From an uncultured Spirochaetota bacterium (lineage in GTDB: Bacteria > Spirochaetota > UBA4802 > UBA5550), in the NCBI GenBank assembly GCA_963827275.1, contig CAWHAA010000001.1:64001-128000 (forward strand): a DNA stretch of 64,000 bases, in the 5' to 3' direction. Within the stretch, counting starts at the first letter, position 1, and each line of letters starts with the position of its first letter. Position numbers and translations under genes: made by a program. The notes beneath the pieces are model-generated. The model had not been told where the DNA came from, did no database searches, and saw only the letters and a program-made list of their open reading frames with translations. Shown piece by piece: positions 10,030-20,495 of the stretch.

Positions 10030-10800
10030 ATGCTCAAGCAAAGGATAGAGGATAACATCATCATTGCCACGCTGGATGACGGTATAACCAATACCATCAC
10101 CGAGGATGCACTGGACACGTTGAGCACCATCATCAAAAATGTTAATGAAAACAACGAAATCAAGGGCCTCATCATTACCGGGGCCGGAAAGACCTTCTGC
10201 TCCGGGTTCGACCTCCCCCTCTTTCTCGGCTTCAAAGACCTGGCGGAAGTGATCGCGTTTTTCAACAAGGAGGAGGAAATCCTCATTAACCTGTTCATGT
10301 GCCGCAAGCCGGTTGTCACGGTATGGAACGGGGCCGCAGTGGCCGGCGGTTTCATCTTTTCGATGGCGGCCGACTACCGGATCATGAAACGCCACCCCAA
10401 GATCAAGGTCGGCCTGAACGAGATCAAGATAGGGCTGGGCCTCTCCATCGTGCAGACAGAGGTGGTCCGCTTCGGCCTTGACAGCGACCGCCTCTACCGC
10501 GACGTCCTGTATAATGGGGAGATGCACGATATGGACAGGGCCCTGGAGCTCGGGATCATCGACGAAACGGCGGAAGAAGACCAGCTCATACCGCGGGCCA
10601 AGCAGGTGGTCTCCCGGTGGATCGACAACCCCGGTCGGGCCTTCATGCTTCTTAAGTATTCGCAACGGAAACCCTATGAAGACCGGATGCGCCAGCGGCT
10701 CAGGGACGAGGACTGGCAGAGCGGGTTCAACATCATGTTCGACAAGCAGACCAGGCAGTTTCTGCAGCTCGGGGCGAAGATGCAGCACCCGGACAAGTGA
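10030..10800 (+). CDS. Enoyl-CoA hydratase/isomerase family protein
   Basis: GKTFCSGFDL, NGAAVAGG, GLNEIKIGL crotonase motifs; GGAGG before ATG 10030. Confidence 0.9.
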   Translation: MLKQRIEDNIIIATLDDGITNTITEDALDTLSTIIKNVNENNEIKGLIITGAGKTFCSGFDLPLFLGFKDLAEVIAFFNKEEEILINLFMCRKPVVTVWNGAAVAGGFIFSMAADYRIMKRHPKIKVGLNEIKIGLGLSIVQTEVVRFGLDSDRLYRDVLYNGEMHDMDRALELGIIDETAEEDQLIPRAKQVVSRWIDNPGRAFMLLKYSQRKPYEDRMRQRLRDEDWQSGFNIMFDKQTRQFLQLGAKMQHPDK

Positions 10801-10954
10801 GACACTACTTAAAATATGCCTGCCGGGGACCATCCCGGCGGGCAATTATGAATGCACATAAGCACGCATATCATTGATACTTAAAAAAGGCTTGACTTCC
10901 ATTGATTTTTACCGATTGTAAGGGTAATCATTAACTACAAGCAGGGCGATAATC

Positions 10955-11419
10955 ATGAAACTTATAGAAGGCAAAATTGACGCGACCGGTCTCAAGGTCG
11001 CCATCGTCGTATCCCGGTTCAACGAGTTCATCACCAACAAGCTCCTCAGCGGCGCTATCGACTGCCTGAAGCGGAACAACGCCGACGAAGAAAACATAAC
11101 CGTCGCGTGGGTGCCCGGGTCGTTCGAGATCCCCTCCGTGGCCAGGCTCCTGGCTCTGTCGAACAAGTACGACGCGGTCATATGCCTCGGCGCGGTGATC
11201 CGCGGGTCCACGCCGCATTTCGATTACGTGGCGGCGGAGGTCTCCAAGGGCGTGGCCAGCATCAGCCTCGCATCAAAAATACCGGTCATCTTCGGCGTGC
11301 TGACCACCGACTCGATCGAACAGGCAATTGAACGCGCGGGCACCAAGTCAGGCAACAAGGGCTTTGATGCCGCCATGTCGGCGATCGAAATGTCAAATCT
11401 CTACAAGCATATAGGATAA
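10955..11419 (+). CDS. ribH: 6,7-dimethyl-8-ribityllumazine synthase
   Basis: [43 protein letters not shown]. Confidence 0.98.
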   Translation: MKLIEGKIDATGLKVAIVVSRFNEFITNKLLSGAIDCLKRNNADEENITVAWVPGSFEIPSVARLLALSNKYDAVICLGAVIRGSTPHFDYVAAEVSKGVASISLASKIPVIFGVLTTDSIEQAIERAGTKSGNKGFDAAMSAIEMSNLYKHIG

Positions 11420-11847
11420 TGGGGCACAGAAGAAAAGCCAGGGAATACGCCCTCCAGGGCCTTTACATGCATGAAATTTCAGGTACCCCGGTTGAAGACC
11501 TGCTCAGGATCGGGTGGGCCGAGACGCCGATTCCCGACAACATCCTCGAGTTCTCCGTTACCCTTATCGAAGGGACGCTCGGTCATCTCGGCGAAATCGA
11601 CGACATCATCAATACACATTCGAAAAACTGGAAATTTGAGCGGTTGAGCGCCGTGGACAAATCAATCCTCAGGATTTCGATATTTGCCCTGCTCTACCTC
11701 AAGGACATCCCCGCGGCCGTAACCATTAATGAAGGGATCGAGCTGGGGAAGATATACGGCGGCGAAGGCTCCGGCCAGTTCATCAATGGCATCCTTGACG
11801 CAGTGCGCAAGCAAGTTTTCAGAGAGGAGGAACAGAAAAACCAGTGA
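11419..11847 (+). CDS. nusB: Transcription antitermination factor NusB
   Basis: RRKAREYALQGLY...VTINEGIELGK..FINGILD. Confidence 0.97.
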   Translation: MGHRRKAREYALQGLYMHEISGTPVEDLLRIGWAETPIPDNILEFSVTLIEGTLGHLGEIDDIINTHSKNWKFERLSAVDKSILRISIFALLYLKDIPAAVTINEGIELGKIYGGEGSGQFINGILDAVRKQVFREEEQKNQ

Positions 11848-13895
11848 TGAAAGAAAAAGACAGACCCCGATCACCGGAACCCGGCATCGACCGTGACGAC
11901 CTCCTGCTTGAAAAAAACAGGATCAGCGGCATAGAGCCCGCCGCGGAAGACGCAGGAACGGCGCCGAAGAAATTCGATAAAAAACCCCTCATCATACTTT
12001 CCCTGATCGTGGGGCTCCTGCTGATCGCCATTCTCGTCCTCACACAGTTCGTGTTCAAAAAGCCCCAGGGGTTCGCCCCGTCGGCCACGAACCCCAACGC
12101 GCCGTTCGACGAAAAGCGGAGCGAGGAAAACCTCAAATCGGAAAACCCGGGCATACAGCGCGGCAGGGAGAGCTACTCCCGCGGCTATCTGGCGGACGCC
12201 ATTACCGAATTCAATAACGTGGTCGAATCCGACGCAACGGACCGCGACAAGGCCATCGCCCTCACCTACCTGGGCATGATACACGACGACAAGGGCGACT
12301 ACGACAGCGCCGAGAAGTACTTCACCCGCGCCCTGACCTATGACAAGAACAATCCCGATATTTACAAAAACCTCTCCATGACGTACCGGCACAAGAAGCA
12401 GTTCGACAAGGCCGTGGAGAGCGCGGAAAAGTCCGCCTCGATGAAGACCGATGATACCGACGCGAAGATCCTCCTCGGAAACGTCTATTTCGAGACCGGG
12501 CGCTACGACGAGGCCATCGCCGCATACCGCGAGGCCCTCGACAGCGCGCCGGACAACCCCCGGCTCCTCTACAACCTCGGCTCGGCCCTGATGAAGAAAG
12601 GGGACGAGTTTGCGGCCATGGAATACTTCAAGAAGGCGGGCGCGGCGGACCGCATCGGCGAGGTGGCGCACCGCGCCTACTCGCGGCTCGGCGTCATCTA
12701 CACCGAGAGAAAGGATTTTGCCGAGGCGGAAAAATACCTCAAGGAGGCCGTTTCGATCAGGCCCAACGACGCGCTGAACCGCTACAACCTCGGCATCGCG
12801 TACCTGAGGCAAAAGAAGACGGATGAGGCGATCGAGGAGCTCGCCAAAGCTGAAGCGCTGGGCGAGAACAACGCGGCGGTGCTTGAAAATATCGGCGAAG
12901 CGTATTTCTCCATGAAACAATACGATCGGAGCCTCGAGGTTTACAACAGGGTTAAAAAGGAAAACGAGCGGAACGTGAAAATCCTCTCCCGCATCGCCGA
13001 GATATACTATGAAAAGGGCGAGCTTGACAGCGCCTACGAGATGTACCGGAAGATAACCGTGCTGGAGCCGGCCACCGAGAACGCGCGGGTCGCCTACCTG
13101 AACATGGGCAACATCCTGGACGACGCGCAGCGGTTCGACGAGGCGGTCGAGGCATACCGCAAGGCGCTGACCATCAGCCCCAAGGACGATACCGTATACT
13201 ACAACCTGGGCATCGCCTACAAGCACGCGGGAAAGCCCGAGCTCGCCATCGCCGCGTGGAAGAAGGGGGCCGAGCTCGACCCGAACGATTCCCAGCCCGC
13301 CGTCGCCATCGCGGACTATTACTACGAGCGCGGGTACTACGACCTCGCCGAGACGGAATACCGCCGCATCGTCGGCCGGTGGCCGAACATCCAGGAGCCC
13401 CACTTCAAGATGGGCACCATGTACTACAAGCGCGGCAATTTCGACTACGCGCTGAACGCGTACAACCGGGTGATCGAAATCGAGCCGAACTCCGACCTCG
13501 GCCGCAAGGCCCTGATCAACAAGGCCATCCTGGTTTCGAAGACCGGCGCCGGCGACGAGGGCGTCGAAAAGGCGATGAACCTGGTCCAGAAAGCCATCCT
13601 CATGAAGCCGGAGGACCCGGAGGCCCTCTTTGCGCTGGGGATCATCTACATGAAGAAAGAGATGTACGACAACGCCATGGACACCTTCTACCAGGTAGTG
13701 AAAAGCGCCGGGGAAAACCGCCTCGTTGCCGATGCGTACAACAATATCGGCAAGTGCTATTACAAGAAAAAGCAGTACAAGAAGGCGCTCCAGGCCTTCA
13801 CCAGGGGCATAGAGGAAGACCCGGAGAGCGAAGAGCTGAGGATGAACCGGAAGGCCGCGACACAGGCCTACGAGGCGGAGCTGAGCAGGGAATAA
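11844..13895 (+). CDS. Membrane-anchored tetratricopeptide repeat protein
   Basis: One TM segment followed by many TPR motifs (YNLG.AY, A...Y..AL...P). Confidence 0.9.
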   Translation: MMKEKDRPRSPEPGIDRDDLLLEKNRISGIEPAAEDAGTAPKKFDKKPLIILSLIVGLLLIAILVLTQFVFKKPQGFAPSATNPNAPFDEKRSEENLKSENPGIQRGRESYSRGYLADAITEFNNVVESDATDRDKAIALTYLGMIHDDKGDYDSAEKYFTRALTYDKNNPDIYKNLSMTYRHKKQFDKAVESAEKSASMKTDDTDAKILLGNVYFETGRYDEAIAAYREALDSAPDNPRLLYNLGSALMKKGDEFAAMEYFKKAGAADRIGEVAHRAYSRLGVIYTERKDFAEAEKYLKEAVSIRPNDALNRYNLGIAYLRQKKTDEAIEELAKAEALGENNAAVLENIGEAYFSMKQYDRSLEVYNRVKKENERNVKILSRIAEIYYEKGELDSAYEMYRKITVLEPATENARVAYLNMGNILDDAQRFDEAVEAYRKALTISPKDDTVYYNLGIAYKHAGKPELAIAAWKKGAELDPNDSQPAVAIADYYYERGYYDLAETEYRRIVGRWPNIQEPHFKMGTMYYKRGNFDYALNAYNRVIEIEPNSDLGRKALINKAILVSKTGAGDEGVEKAMNLVQKAILMKPEDPEALFALGIIYMKKEMYDNAMDTFYQVVKSAGENRLVADAYNNIGKCYYKKKQYKKALQAFTRGIEEDPESEELRMNRKAATQAYEAELSRE

Positions 13896-13897
13896 CG

Positions 13898-15049
13898 ATG
13901 CGGGTCGACCGGAATTTCTTACAGGAACTCGAGAAAAAAACGCTGGCGCCCTATGCGGCCCTTTCCGCCGCCTCGAGAGGAAGGCGGTTCAAGGAGAAGC
14001 CCCACTCCTACCGGACGGAATTCCAGCGCGACCGCGAGCGCATCATCCATTCCCGCGCGTTCCGCAGGCTTGAATACAAGACGCAGGTCTTCATCAACCA
14101 CGAGGGCGACCATTACCGCACGAGGCTGACCCACACCATAGAGGTTGCCCAGATCGCCAGGGGGATTGCCCGGGCGCTCCGGCTCAACGAGGACCTGGCC
14201 GAAAGCATCGCGCTGGCGCACGACCTCGGCCATACGCCCTTCGGGCACGCGGGGGAACGGGAGCTTGACCAGCTCCTCAAAGACCACGGCGGGTTCGAGC
14301 ACAACCGCCAGAGCCTCAGGGTGGTGGACGAGCTGGAAAAGCGCTACCCTGACTTCAACGGCATAAACCTCACCTGGGAGACGCGCGAGGGCATCATCAA
14401 GCATTCCTCCGCGCACGACCATCCGGAGGCGAGCGAATTTTCCCCCGGGACCCAGCCTTCACTTGAGGCCCAGACCATCGACCTCGCGGACGAGATAGCC
14501 TACAACAACCACGACCTTGACGACGGTCTGTCGTCCGGGATCCTCGCGCCCGGCGACGTAAAAAAACTCGCGATATGGTCAATGGGCGAGACGCGGTACA
14601 ACCGGGAGGCAAAGGGCGACCTGAAGATCAGGCGCCAGGGGATCATACGCTCGATCATCGACCTGCTCGTGTCCGATCTCATTGAGAACACCCTGCGGCG
14701 CATTGAAAAATTTTCCATCAAAAGCCTCACCGATGTCGGCAGGGCGCCAGAAAAAATAGTCACGTTTTCAAGCGATATCGAGGCGGCAACCGGCGAGCTG
14801 AAGGACTTTCTCATGGAAAACCTCTACCAGCATTACCGGGTCGCCAGGATGACCATCAAGGCCTCCATGGTAATCCGGGACCTGTTCCAGATTTACACCG
14901 GGCACCCGGACACGCTGCCTGAAGACTATCAGAAAAAATACCCGAAAGACGGGGTGGTCCTGACCGCGACGGATTATATTGCCGGCATGACTGACCGTTT
15001 CGCCCTTGAAGAGCACCAGAAGCTGACCGATCCGATGATACGGGTATAA
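13898..15049 (+). CDS. dgt: Deoxyguanosinetriphosphate triphosphohydrolase
   Basis: FQRDRERIIHSRAFRRLEYKTQV, RTRLTHT, HDLGHTPFGHAGE, DYIAGMTD. Confidence 0.95.
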   Translation: MRVDRNFLQELEKKTLAPYAALSAASRGRRFKEKPHSYRTEFQRDRERIIHSRAFRRLEYKTQVFINHEGDHYRTRLTHTIEVAQIARGIARALRLNEDLAESIALAHDLGHTPFGHAGERELDQLLKDHGGFEHNRQSLRVVDELEKRYPDFNGINLTWETREGIIKHSSAHDHPEASEFSPGTQPSLEAQTIDLADEIAYNNHDLDDGLSSGILAPGDVKKLAIWSMGETRYNREAKGDLKIRRQGIIRSIIDLLVSDLIENTLRRIEKFSIKSLTDVGRAPEKIVTFSSDIEAATGELKDFLMENLYQHYRVARMTIKASMVIRDLFQIYTGHPDTLPEDYQKKYPKDGVVLTATDYIAGMTDRFALEEHQKLTDPMIRV

Positions 15050-15126
15050 CGGACACTGCCCGGACACCGGGACCGCCGGGACCGATGAGATCGCAGCGCA
15101 TATCAGAAGCGCAGAGGAATCACGTC

Positions 15127-15624
15127 ATGGACAACGAATATCCGGAACTGCCGGAAGAGATCAGGGAGCTGCTGGAACGGGGCGAGCAGATCGACGAGAT
15201 CCGTCTCGACCGGGACGGCAGCTGGTTCCACAACGGCCAGCCGTTCGCGAATAAAAAGATCATCGATTTTTTCAACCGCTCGATAAACATCACCCGCGAC
15301 GGCACCCACGTGATCCATTATGGCCGGTACACCTATCCGATCATCGTGGAAGACGCCCCTCTTTTTGTATCCGGCGTCTGGTTCAAGGGGTTCGGGCAAT
15401 GGGAAAAAATCACCATCAACCTTTCCAACGGCTCCTCGGAACTGCTTGACATTCACTCGCTCTGCTACAAAAATAAGACCCTGTACTGCCGGGCAGCGGG
15501 AGGCAGGATGATCGCGAAATTCAGAAATTCACCCTTCTATCACCTCATGGAACGGATTGACGAGATTGATGGGAAATTTTATCTTACCCTCTGCGGCACA
15601 AAAATCCAGATTGAACAGGACTGA
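15127..15624 (+). CDS. DUF1285-like protein
   Basis: IRLDRDGSWFHNG...IIVEDAPLFV pattern. Confidence 0.65.
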   Translation: MDNEYPELPEEIRELLERGEQIDEIRLDRDGSWFHNGQPFANKKIIDFFNRSINITRDGTHVIHYGRYTYPIIVEDAPLFVSGVWFKGFGQWEKITINLSNGSSELLDIHSLCYKNKTLYCRAAGGRMIAKFRNSPFYHLMERIDEIDGKFYLTLCGTKIQIEQD

Positions 15625-15627
15625 GAC

Positions 15628-16875
15628 ATGAAAAAATTCACCTACCCGCTTCTCGCGCTGGCCATCGCGGGCGCAATCATTTCAGGGATGCTGCTCCTGC
15701 AGCATTATTATCCCGATGCGAAAATCGGACTGATTACCTGCGGCGACGGGATATTCAACCCCTGCCTCTCGCTCGCCCAATCAGGCTATGCAACGCTCTT
15801 CAACATGCCGATTGCCGCCTACGGCCTCCTCTGGTACCTGCTCGCACTGTTCATCCTGCTGATCGCCGATTACGCCGGCGGACGGTACCATGCCTATTCA
15901 CTCGCGCTGATCCTTCCCCTGTCGGCCGCGGGCGTCGCCGCCGACATCGCCCTTGGAATAATCCTGATCAAGCTGAAGATACTGTGTACTTTCTGCGTGG
16001 CCACCTACGTGATAAACCTTGCTATCCTGGCCCTGTCGTTACTATGGTTTCGATCGGCAAAACAAAGCGACGGCTTTTCACTCCCGGGGGCTCTGCGCGA
16101 GCTGACGGCGGCTGATTCAACCCCCGACCGCAAGGCATTCCATTCCGCTTTCATCCTGTTCTTTTTTCTCCTCGTATTTTCGGTATTTGCGACATCACTC
16201 ATATTGAAGGTCAAGACCGCGACAGCGAAAATCCCCGAAAACAAGGCGACCGCGTTTCTCCAGAATTTTTATCGCGCTCCCGCGCAAAATATCACGTTCC
16301 CCGACAGCGGCATCACCCTGGGAAATCCGAGGGCAGAGGTGACCATTGTCGCCTTTACCGATTTCCTTTGCAGCGCCTGCTACCAGCTGTACCGGCAGGA
16401 ATCAATGATCTTTTCGAAATACAGGGACCGGGTAAAAATAGTCTATTATAACTATCCTCTTGACAGGAGCTGCAACCAGGAGCTGAAGAGGACCGTGTAT
16501 AATAATTCCTGCATCGCCTCGCGCGCATTCCTGGCGGCGTCAGACCGCGGCATGGTAGAGGAATATATACTCAAGCATTTCGCAGACTATGAGAACACAC
16601 ATTCCCGCTATTCCATGGAGCTGGCGCTCCGGGCATTCACCCATATTGATGAGGGAAAACGCGGGGGAATGACCGCCGGGCAATTCCAGAGCCTCATGAC
16701 ATCTCCCGCGATAGCTGCGAGGCTCGACGAGCATGTACGGCTTGCCAAACAGCTCAAGGTTGACGCCACGCCGACGCTCTACATCGGCGGCAGGAGGCTG
16801 GTCGGCGTACCGCCAATGGAAATACTTGACCAGATACTGCAAAACGAGCTGGCCGGCAGGAAGTCGTCACATTAA
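15628..16875 (+). CDS. VKOR-family membrane domain fused to a DsbA/thioredoxin domain
   Basis: Loop cysteines and CTFC in the TM domain; FTDFLCSAC and ATPT (cis-Pro) in the C-terminal domain. Confidence 0.88.
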   Translation: MKKFTYPLLALAIAGAIISGMLLLQHYYPDAKIGLITCGDGIFNPCLSLAQSGYATLFNMPIAAYGLLWYLLALFILLIADYAGGRYHAYSLALILPLSAAGVAADIALGIILIKLKILCTFCVATYVINLAILALSLLWFRSAKQSDGFSLPGALRELTAADSTPDRKAFHSAFILFFFLLVFSVFATSLILKVKTATAKIPENKATAFLQNFYRAPAQNITFPDSGITLGNPRAEVTIVAFTDFLCSACYQLYRQESMIFSKYRDRVKIVYYNYPLDRSCNQELKRTVYNNSCIASRAFLAASDRGMVEEYILKHFADYENTHSRYSMELALRAFTHIDEGKRGGMTAGQFQSLMTSPAIAARLDEHVRLAKQLKVDATPTLYIGGRRLVGVPPMEILDQILQNELAGRKSSH

Positions 16876-18906
16876 TTCGTACGGGTCGATATCGATTTCA
16901 AGATATACGTCACGTCCGGTAACGGCGTTCCTTGAAGCGGTGATTGCGTCACGAAGGGCTTGTATGTTGCCTGATTTCAGGATTATATGGTGACGCCAGT
17001 TGCCCCCGATCTTGCTGAAGGGGGCGGCTGACGGGCCGAGTATTATGATATCCTTGCTCTGACCCCTGATATCCTTACTCTGACCCCTGATATCCTTACT
17101 CTGACCCCTGATGTTGCTCTTACCACTGGTATCCTTGCTCTGACCCCGCATATTCTCCTCAAGGGCCAGTTTCAGGTCATTTATACAAGCAATCACCCGT
17201 TCTTCATTCTCTCCCCTGACCAAAAGACGCGCGATCCGGGTAAAGGGGGGATATTGGAGCATCCTCCTCGCTTCCAGTTCAGACCGGTAAAAACCATAGT
17301 AATCCTGATTCCTTATAAAACGAAACAGGGGATTTTCATTATCAAGGGTTTGTATAACCACTTTCCCAGGTGAATCCCCACGGCCAGAGCGACCCGCCAC
17401 CTGAACGAGTAATGCAAATATTCTCTCTGTGGAGCGAAAATCCGGCATATTCATGCCTATATCAGCCAGGAGGACCCCAACAAGGGTGATATTTTTGAAG
17501 TCAAATCCCTTGGCAACAAGCTGGGTGCCTACCAGTATATCGACCTCTCCCCTGTTCATCTTCCCGATCAACTCCGGCACCGTATCCTTATGCCTGGAAC
17601 TATCCTGGTCGAGGCGGAAAATCCTGAAATCGGGAAATTCCTCCACTACGATATCCTCGATCCGTTGCGTCCCCGAACCGACTTTATCTATTTGCTCTGA
17701 CCCGCATCGAGCACATGAGGTCGGAACCGCATCCTGATGCCCGCAATAGTGACAGAGCATATTGCGGTCCCGGTGATAATTCATGCCGATATTACAGTGG
17801 GGGCACTCAACAGTCCATCCACACTGACTGCAAATGACGATAGGCGCAAATCCACGCCGGTTAAGAAGGAATACAACCTGTTTTCCCTGGTCAACAGCCC
17901 TCTTTGTGTAAAGCTTCAAAATTGGAGAGATGAGTTTACTCGGTTTCGTGGAATTGATCTTAACGATTTCAACATCCGGAAGTGACGCGTTCCCATAGCG
18001 TGTTTTCAGAGCATGAAGTTTCATGACACCGCGCTCACATGCATAGAGCGTCTCCACCGCTGGTGTTGCTGATCCCATCACGACCAGAGCCCCTTCCGTC
18101 TTGCTACGGTATAATGCAAGACGCCGTGCATTATACCGGGGGGTGCTGTGCTCCTTGTATGATCCGTCATGCTCCTCATCAATAATGATCATTCCCAGCC
18201 TGGGGCATTGAAGAAATACCGCTGAGCGCGTACCGATTGCTATATGTGCATCCCCCTTAAAGAACCTGATCCAGTTATGAAGACGCTGGTTAGAGGTTAG
18301 ATGGCTGTGATAAATGATAAGATCGTCACCGAAAACACCATACAGCCGTTCGAAAATCATTGAAGAGAGTGATATTTCAGGGACCAGATATATCACCGAA
18401 TACCCCCTGGCAATCAGCGACTTCGCAATCTCAATATATATCTCCGTCTTTCCGCTGCCAGTTATTCCGAAAATACAATGACTTAGCTCACCTTTATGGT
18501 ATGATTCCATGATATTGAAATACACATTCCGTTGTTCATCATTTAGTTGAACGTCCCCTGTTACAGTTTTTTCAAATGGAATTTTATACCGGGCCGATGG
18601 TCTAATTCCTGATGGAAGCGCCATTGCAAGCGCTTCACCAATGGAGGAAAGATAATTATCCGCGGTGTATCGAGCAAGCGACATTAACCGATTGTCATAA
18701 ATCAGATCTGTGTCAATAACATCAAGTATCTCTTTAACTTTATAATCACCAGGCTCGTCTTCATGGGTTCTGTCAACGAAGGCAATAGTATTTCTTCCTG
18801 AAAAATTTACCTTTACTCGCATGAAAGGCGTAACATGCATTCCCGAAGGCACACGATAAGTAAAAGTTGTCGAGAGGGGATAACCGATATATACATCTGC
18901 GAACAT
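16867..18906 (-). CDS. priA: Primosomal protein N' (replication restart helicase)
   Basis: GITGSGKTE, DEEH, SATP, four CxxC pairs, QVAGRSGR. Confidence 0.97.
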   Translation of the reverse strand: MFADVYIGYPLSTTFTYRVPSGMHVTPFMRVKVNFSGRNTIAFVDRTHEDEPGDYKVKEILDVIDTDLIYDNRLMSLARYTADNYLSSIGEALAMALPSGIRPSARYKIPFEKTVTGDVQLNDEQRNVYFNIMESYHKGELSHCIFGITGSGKTEIYIEIAKSLIARGYSVIYLVPEISLSSMIFERLYGVFGDDLIIYHSHLTSNQRLHNWIRFFKGDAHIAIGTRSAVFLQCPRLGMIIIDEEHDGSYKEHSTPRYNARRLALYRSKTEGALVVMGSATPAVETLYACERGVMKLHALKTRYGNASLPDVEIVKINSTKPSKLISPILKLYTKRAVDQGKQVVFLLNRRGFAPIVICSQCGWTVECPHCNIGMNYHRDRNMLCHYCGHQDAVPTSCARCGSEQIDKVGSGTQRIEDIVVEEFPDFRIFRLDQDSSRHKDTVPELIGKMNRGEVDILVGTQLVAKGFDFKNITLVGVLLADIGMNMPDFRSTERIFALLVQVAGRSGRGDSPGKVVIQTLDNENPLFRFIRNQDYYGFYRSELEARRMLQYPPFTRIARLLVRGENEERVIACINDLKLALEENMRGQSKDTSGKSNIRGQSKDIRGQSKDIRGQSKDIIILGPSAAPFSKIGGNWRHHIILKSGNIQALRDAITASRNAVTGRDVYLEIDIDPYELM
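17047..17151 (-). repeat. In-frame 21-bp tandem repeat inside priA (IRGQSKD units) built on the GGGGTCAGAG(T/C)AA motif
   Basis: GATATCCTT(A/G)CTCTGACCCCT at 17047, 17068 and 17089, a degenerate unit at 17110, and a further copy at 17131. Confidence 0.95.
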
Positions 18907-19223
18907 TCTGTAGATTTCCCAAGTTTATAAAAGAATTATTTGCAACAAGATTTATTAATGATGAATAACCCGTCATTATGGTTATGATAATTTAAAAGTC
19001 AACGGAAAAGATTTAATTTATTTTAAATCAAAAATTTATAAAATACAGGTGTCAGAGTAACATTATTTTAGTACTGGAATAGCATAGTAGCAAAAATATC
19101 TAGTAATCTGGGATCTATGGACTCTAAAGATAATCAGAACTGATTTGAATTTTAAGGAGAGAAGGCTTAATATAATAAGCTAAATATTTGTACTTCTGGA
19201 ATTCCAACTGTTGCGATAACCAA

Positions 19224-19823
19224 TTACCCAAACAGGCTTTCCGGGAAGATTCGCTTTCTATACCTTTCTTCGTATTCAAGAAATTTTCCGACCCGTTCCT
19301 CGAAGGTAGCCCCCAGCTTTACAAAATATTCATGCAGGGTGATGGTTACCGGCGGAATGAATTCCTTGCTCAAATAGCAGCGGATAGACCCATACTTGTA
19401 ATCTCGGGGATCTGCGACAGTTTTGCTTTTTACCGGATTATAGGCCATATAAAGCAATATTACGAAAAACGTCGAAACCGGGTCGTCAGTAAGTTCAATA
19501 ATGGTATCGCTGAAGCGCTCATTCCAGAAGGGGCCAATCCTGCCCATGATCCGGTTATATCGCCGTGCAAATTGTGACTTGATGAACTGCATGATACGAG
19601 AAATGGACTCGCCGCCATCAAGCGTACGGATAAGAAAATGGAAATGATTGGCCATGAGGGTATAGTTGATCAGCTCAAAATGGTATTTTTCAAGCGCCAG
19701 GTCTAAGACAAAAAGCATCAAGTCTTTCATCTCATCAGAATGCATGAGGTGTTTTTTCTCGATGCAGCGTGACATGGTGTGATAGGTATGTTCCGGCAGG
19801 CAGTTCCGTTGTTTTCGCGGCAT
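19224..19823 (-). mobile_element. RAYT-like / IS200-superfamily HUH (Y1) transposase
   Basis: MPRKQR...YHTMSR, YTLMANHFH (HUH), FWNERF, YMAYNPVK (catalytic Tyr); flanked by GGGTCAGAG(T/C)AA motifs; no tnpB. Confidence 0.9.
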
Positions 19824-19906
19824 GGCGTCCTCCTTTGCTTGTGGGATGTCTTGCTTGCGTTTGCTGTATATACGAATGGGAGGCCGCCTTCTGGTAATAA
19901 TTTTAT

Positions 19907-19964
19907 GGGGTCAGAGTAAAAAATTTAAAATAAAACTATATCATCAAAAAAAGGGTCAGAGCAA
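19907..19964 (+). repeat. Two GGGTCAGAG(T/C)AA copies upstream of the transposase (a degenerate copy lies at 19047-19060 on the other side)
   Basis: GGGGTCAGAGTAA 19907-19919; GGGTCAGAGCAA 19953-19964; AGGTGTCAGAGTAA 19047-19060. Confidence 0.85.
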
Positions 19965-20048
19965 TCTTTATTGCAAAAACTAAATAATAATTGACATAAT
20001 TCATCAATCTCAGACCAAAATATATTATCATTCATCGAGGTGAATTAA

Positions 20049-20495
20049 ATGAACCTATTAGAAAAAATTGAATCTGACCTGAAAAAGGCCATGAAAGCCA
20101 GTGACACCATCAGGGCAGAAACACTAAAAATGCTCAAATCAGATCTGGCGTATGAGAAGGCCAAGACAGGAAAAGAACTGACTGACGAGCAAATGCTTGA
20201 AGTAGTGAACAGGTCGGCCAAACGCCGTCGTGACTCCATAAAGGAATTCCAGAAGGGTAATCGCCAGGACCTTGTTGATAATGAGACAAAAGAATTGTCC
20301 ATTGTCGAGGAATATTTGCCCAAACAAATGAGTGAAGCTGAAATCGATAAACATATAACTGACAAGATCGCCGCCCTTGGATCAGTCTCGCCGAAAGATA
20401 TCGGCCGGATAATGGGAGAAATAATGAAAGAACTCAAGGGAAAGGCGGATGGTAGTGTTGTTAAATCAATTTTATCGAAAAAAATCGAAAAATAA
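20049..20495 (+). CDS. GatB/YqeY domain protein
   Basis: DLKKAMKA..KRRRDSIKEF..E..IVEEYLPKQMSE..IGRIMG..GKADG. Confidence 0.93.
   Translation: MNLLEKIESDLKKAMKASDTIRAETLKMLKSDLAYEKAKTGKELTDEQMLEVVNRSAKRRRDSIKEFQKGNRQDLVDNETKELSIVEEYLPKQMSEAEIDKHITDKIAALGSVSPKDIGRIMGEIMKELKGKADGSVVKSILSKKIEK

Noticed and set aside
19224..19823. Canonical IS200/IS605 element
   Set aside because: No tnpB and no evident subterminal hairpins; length and motifs are RAYT-like.
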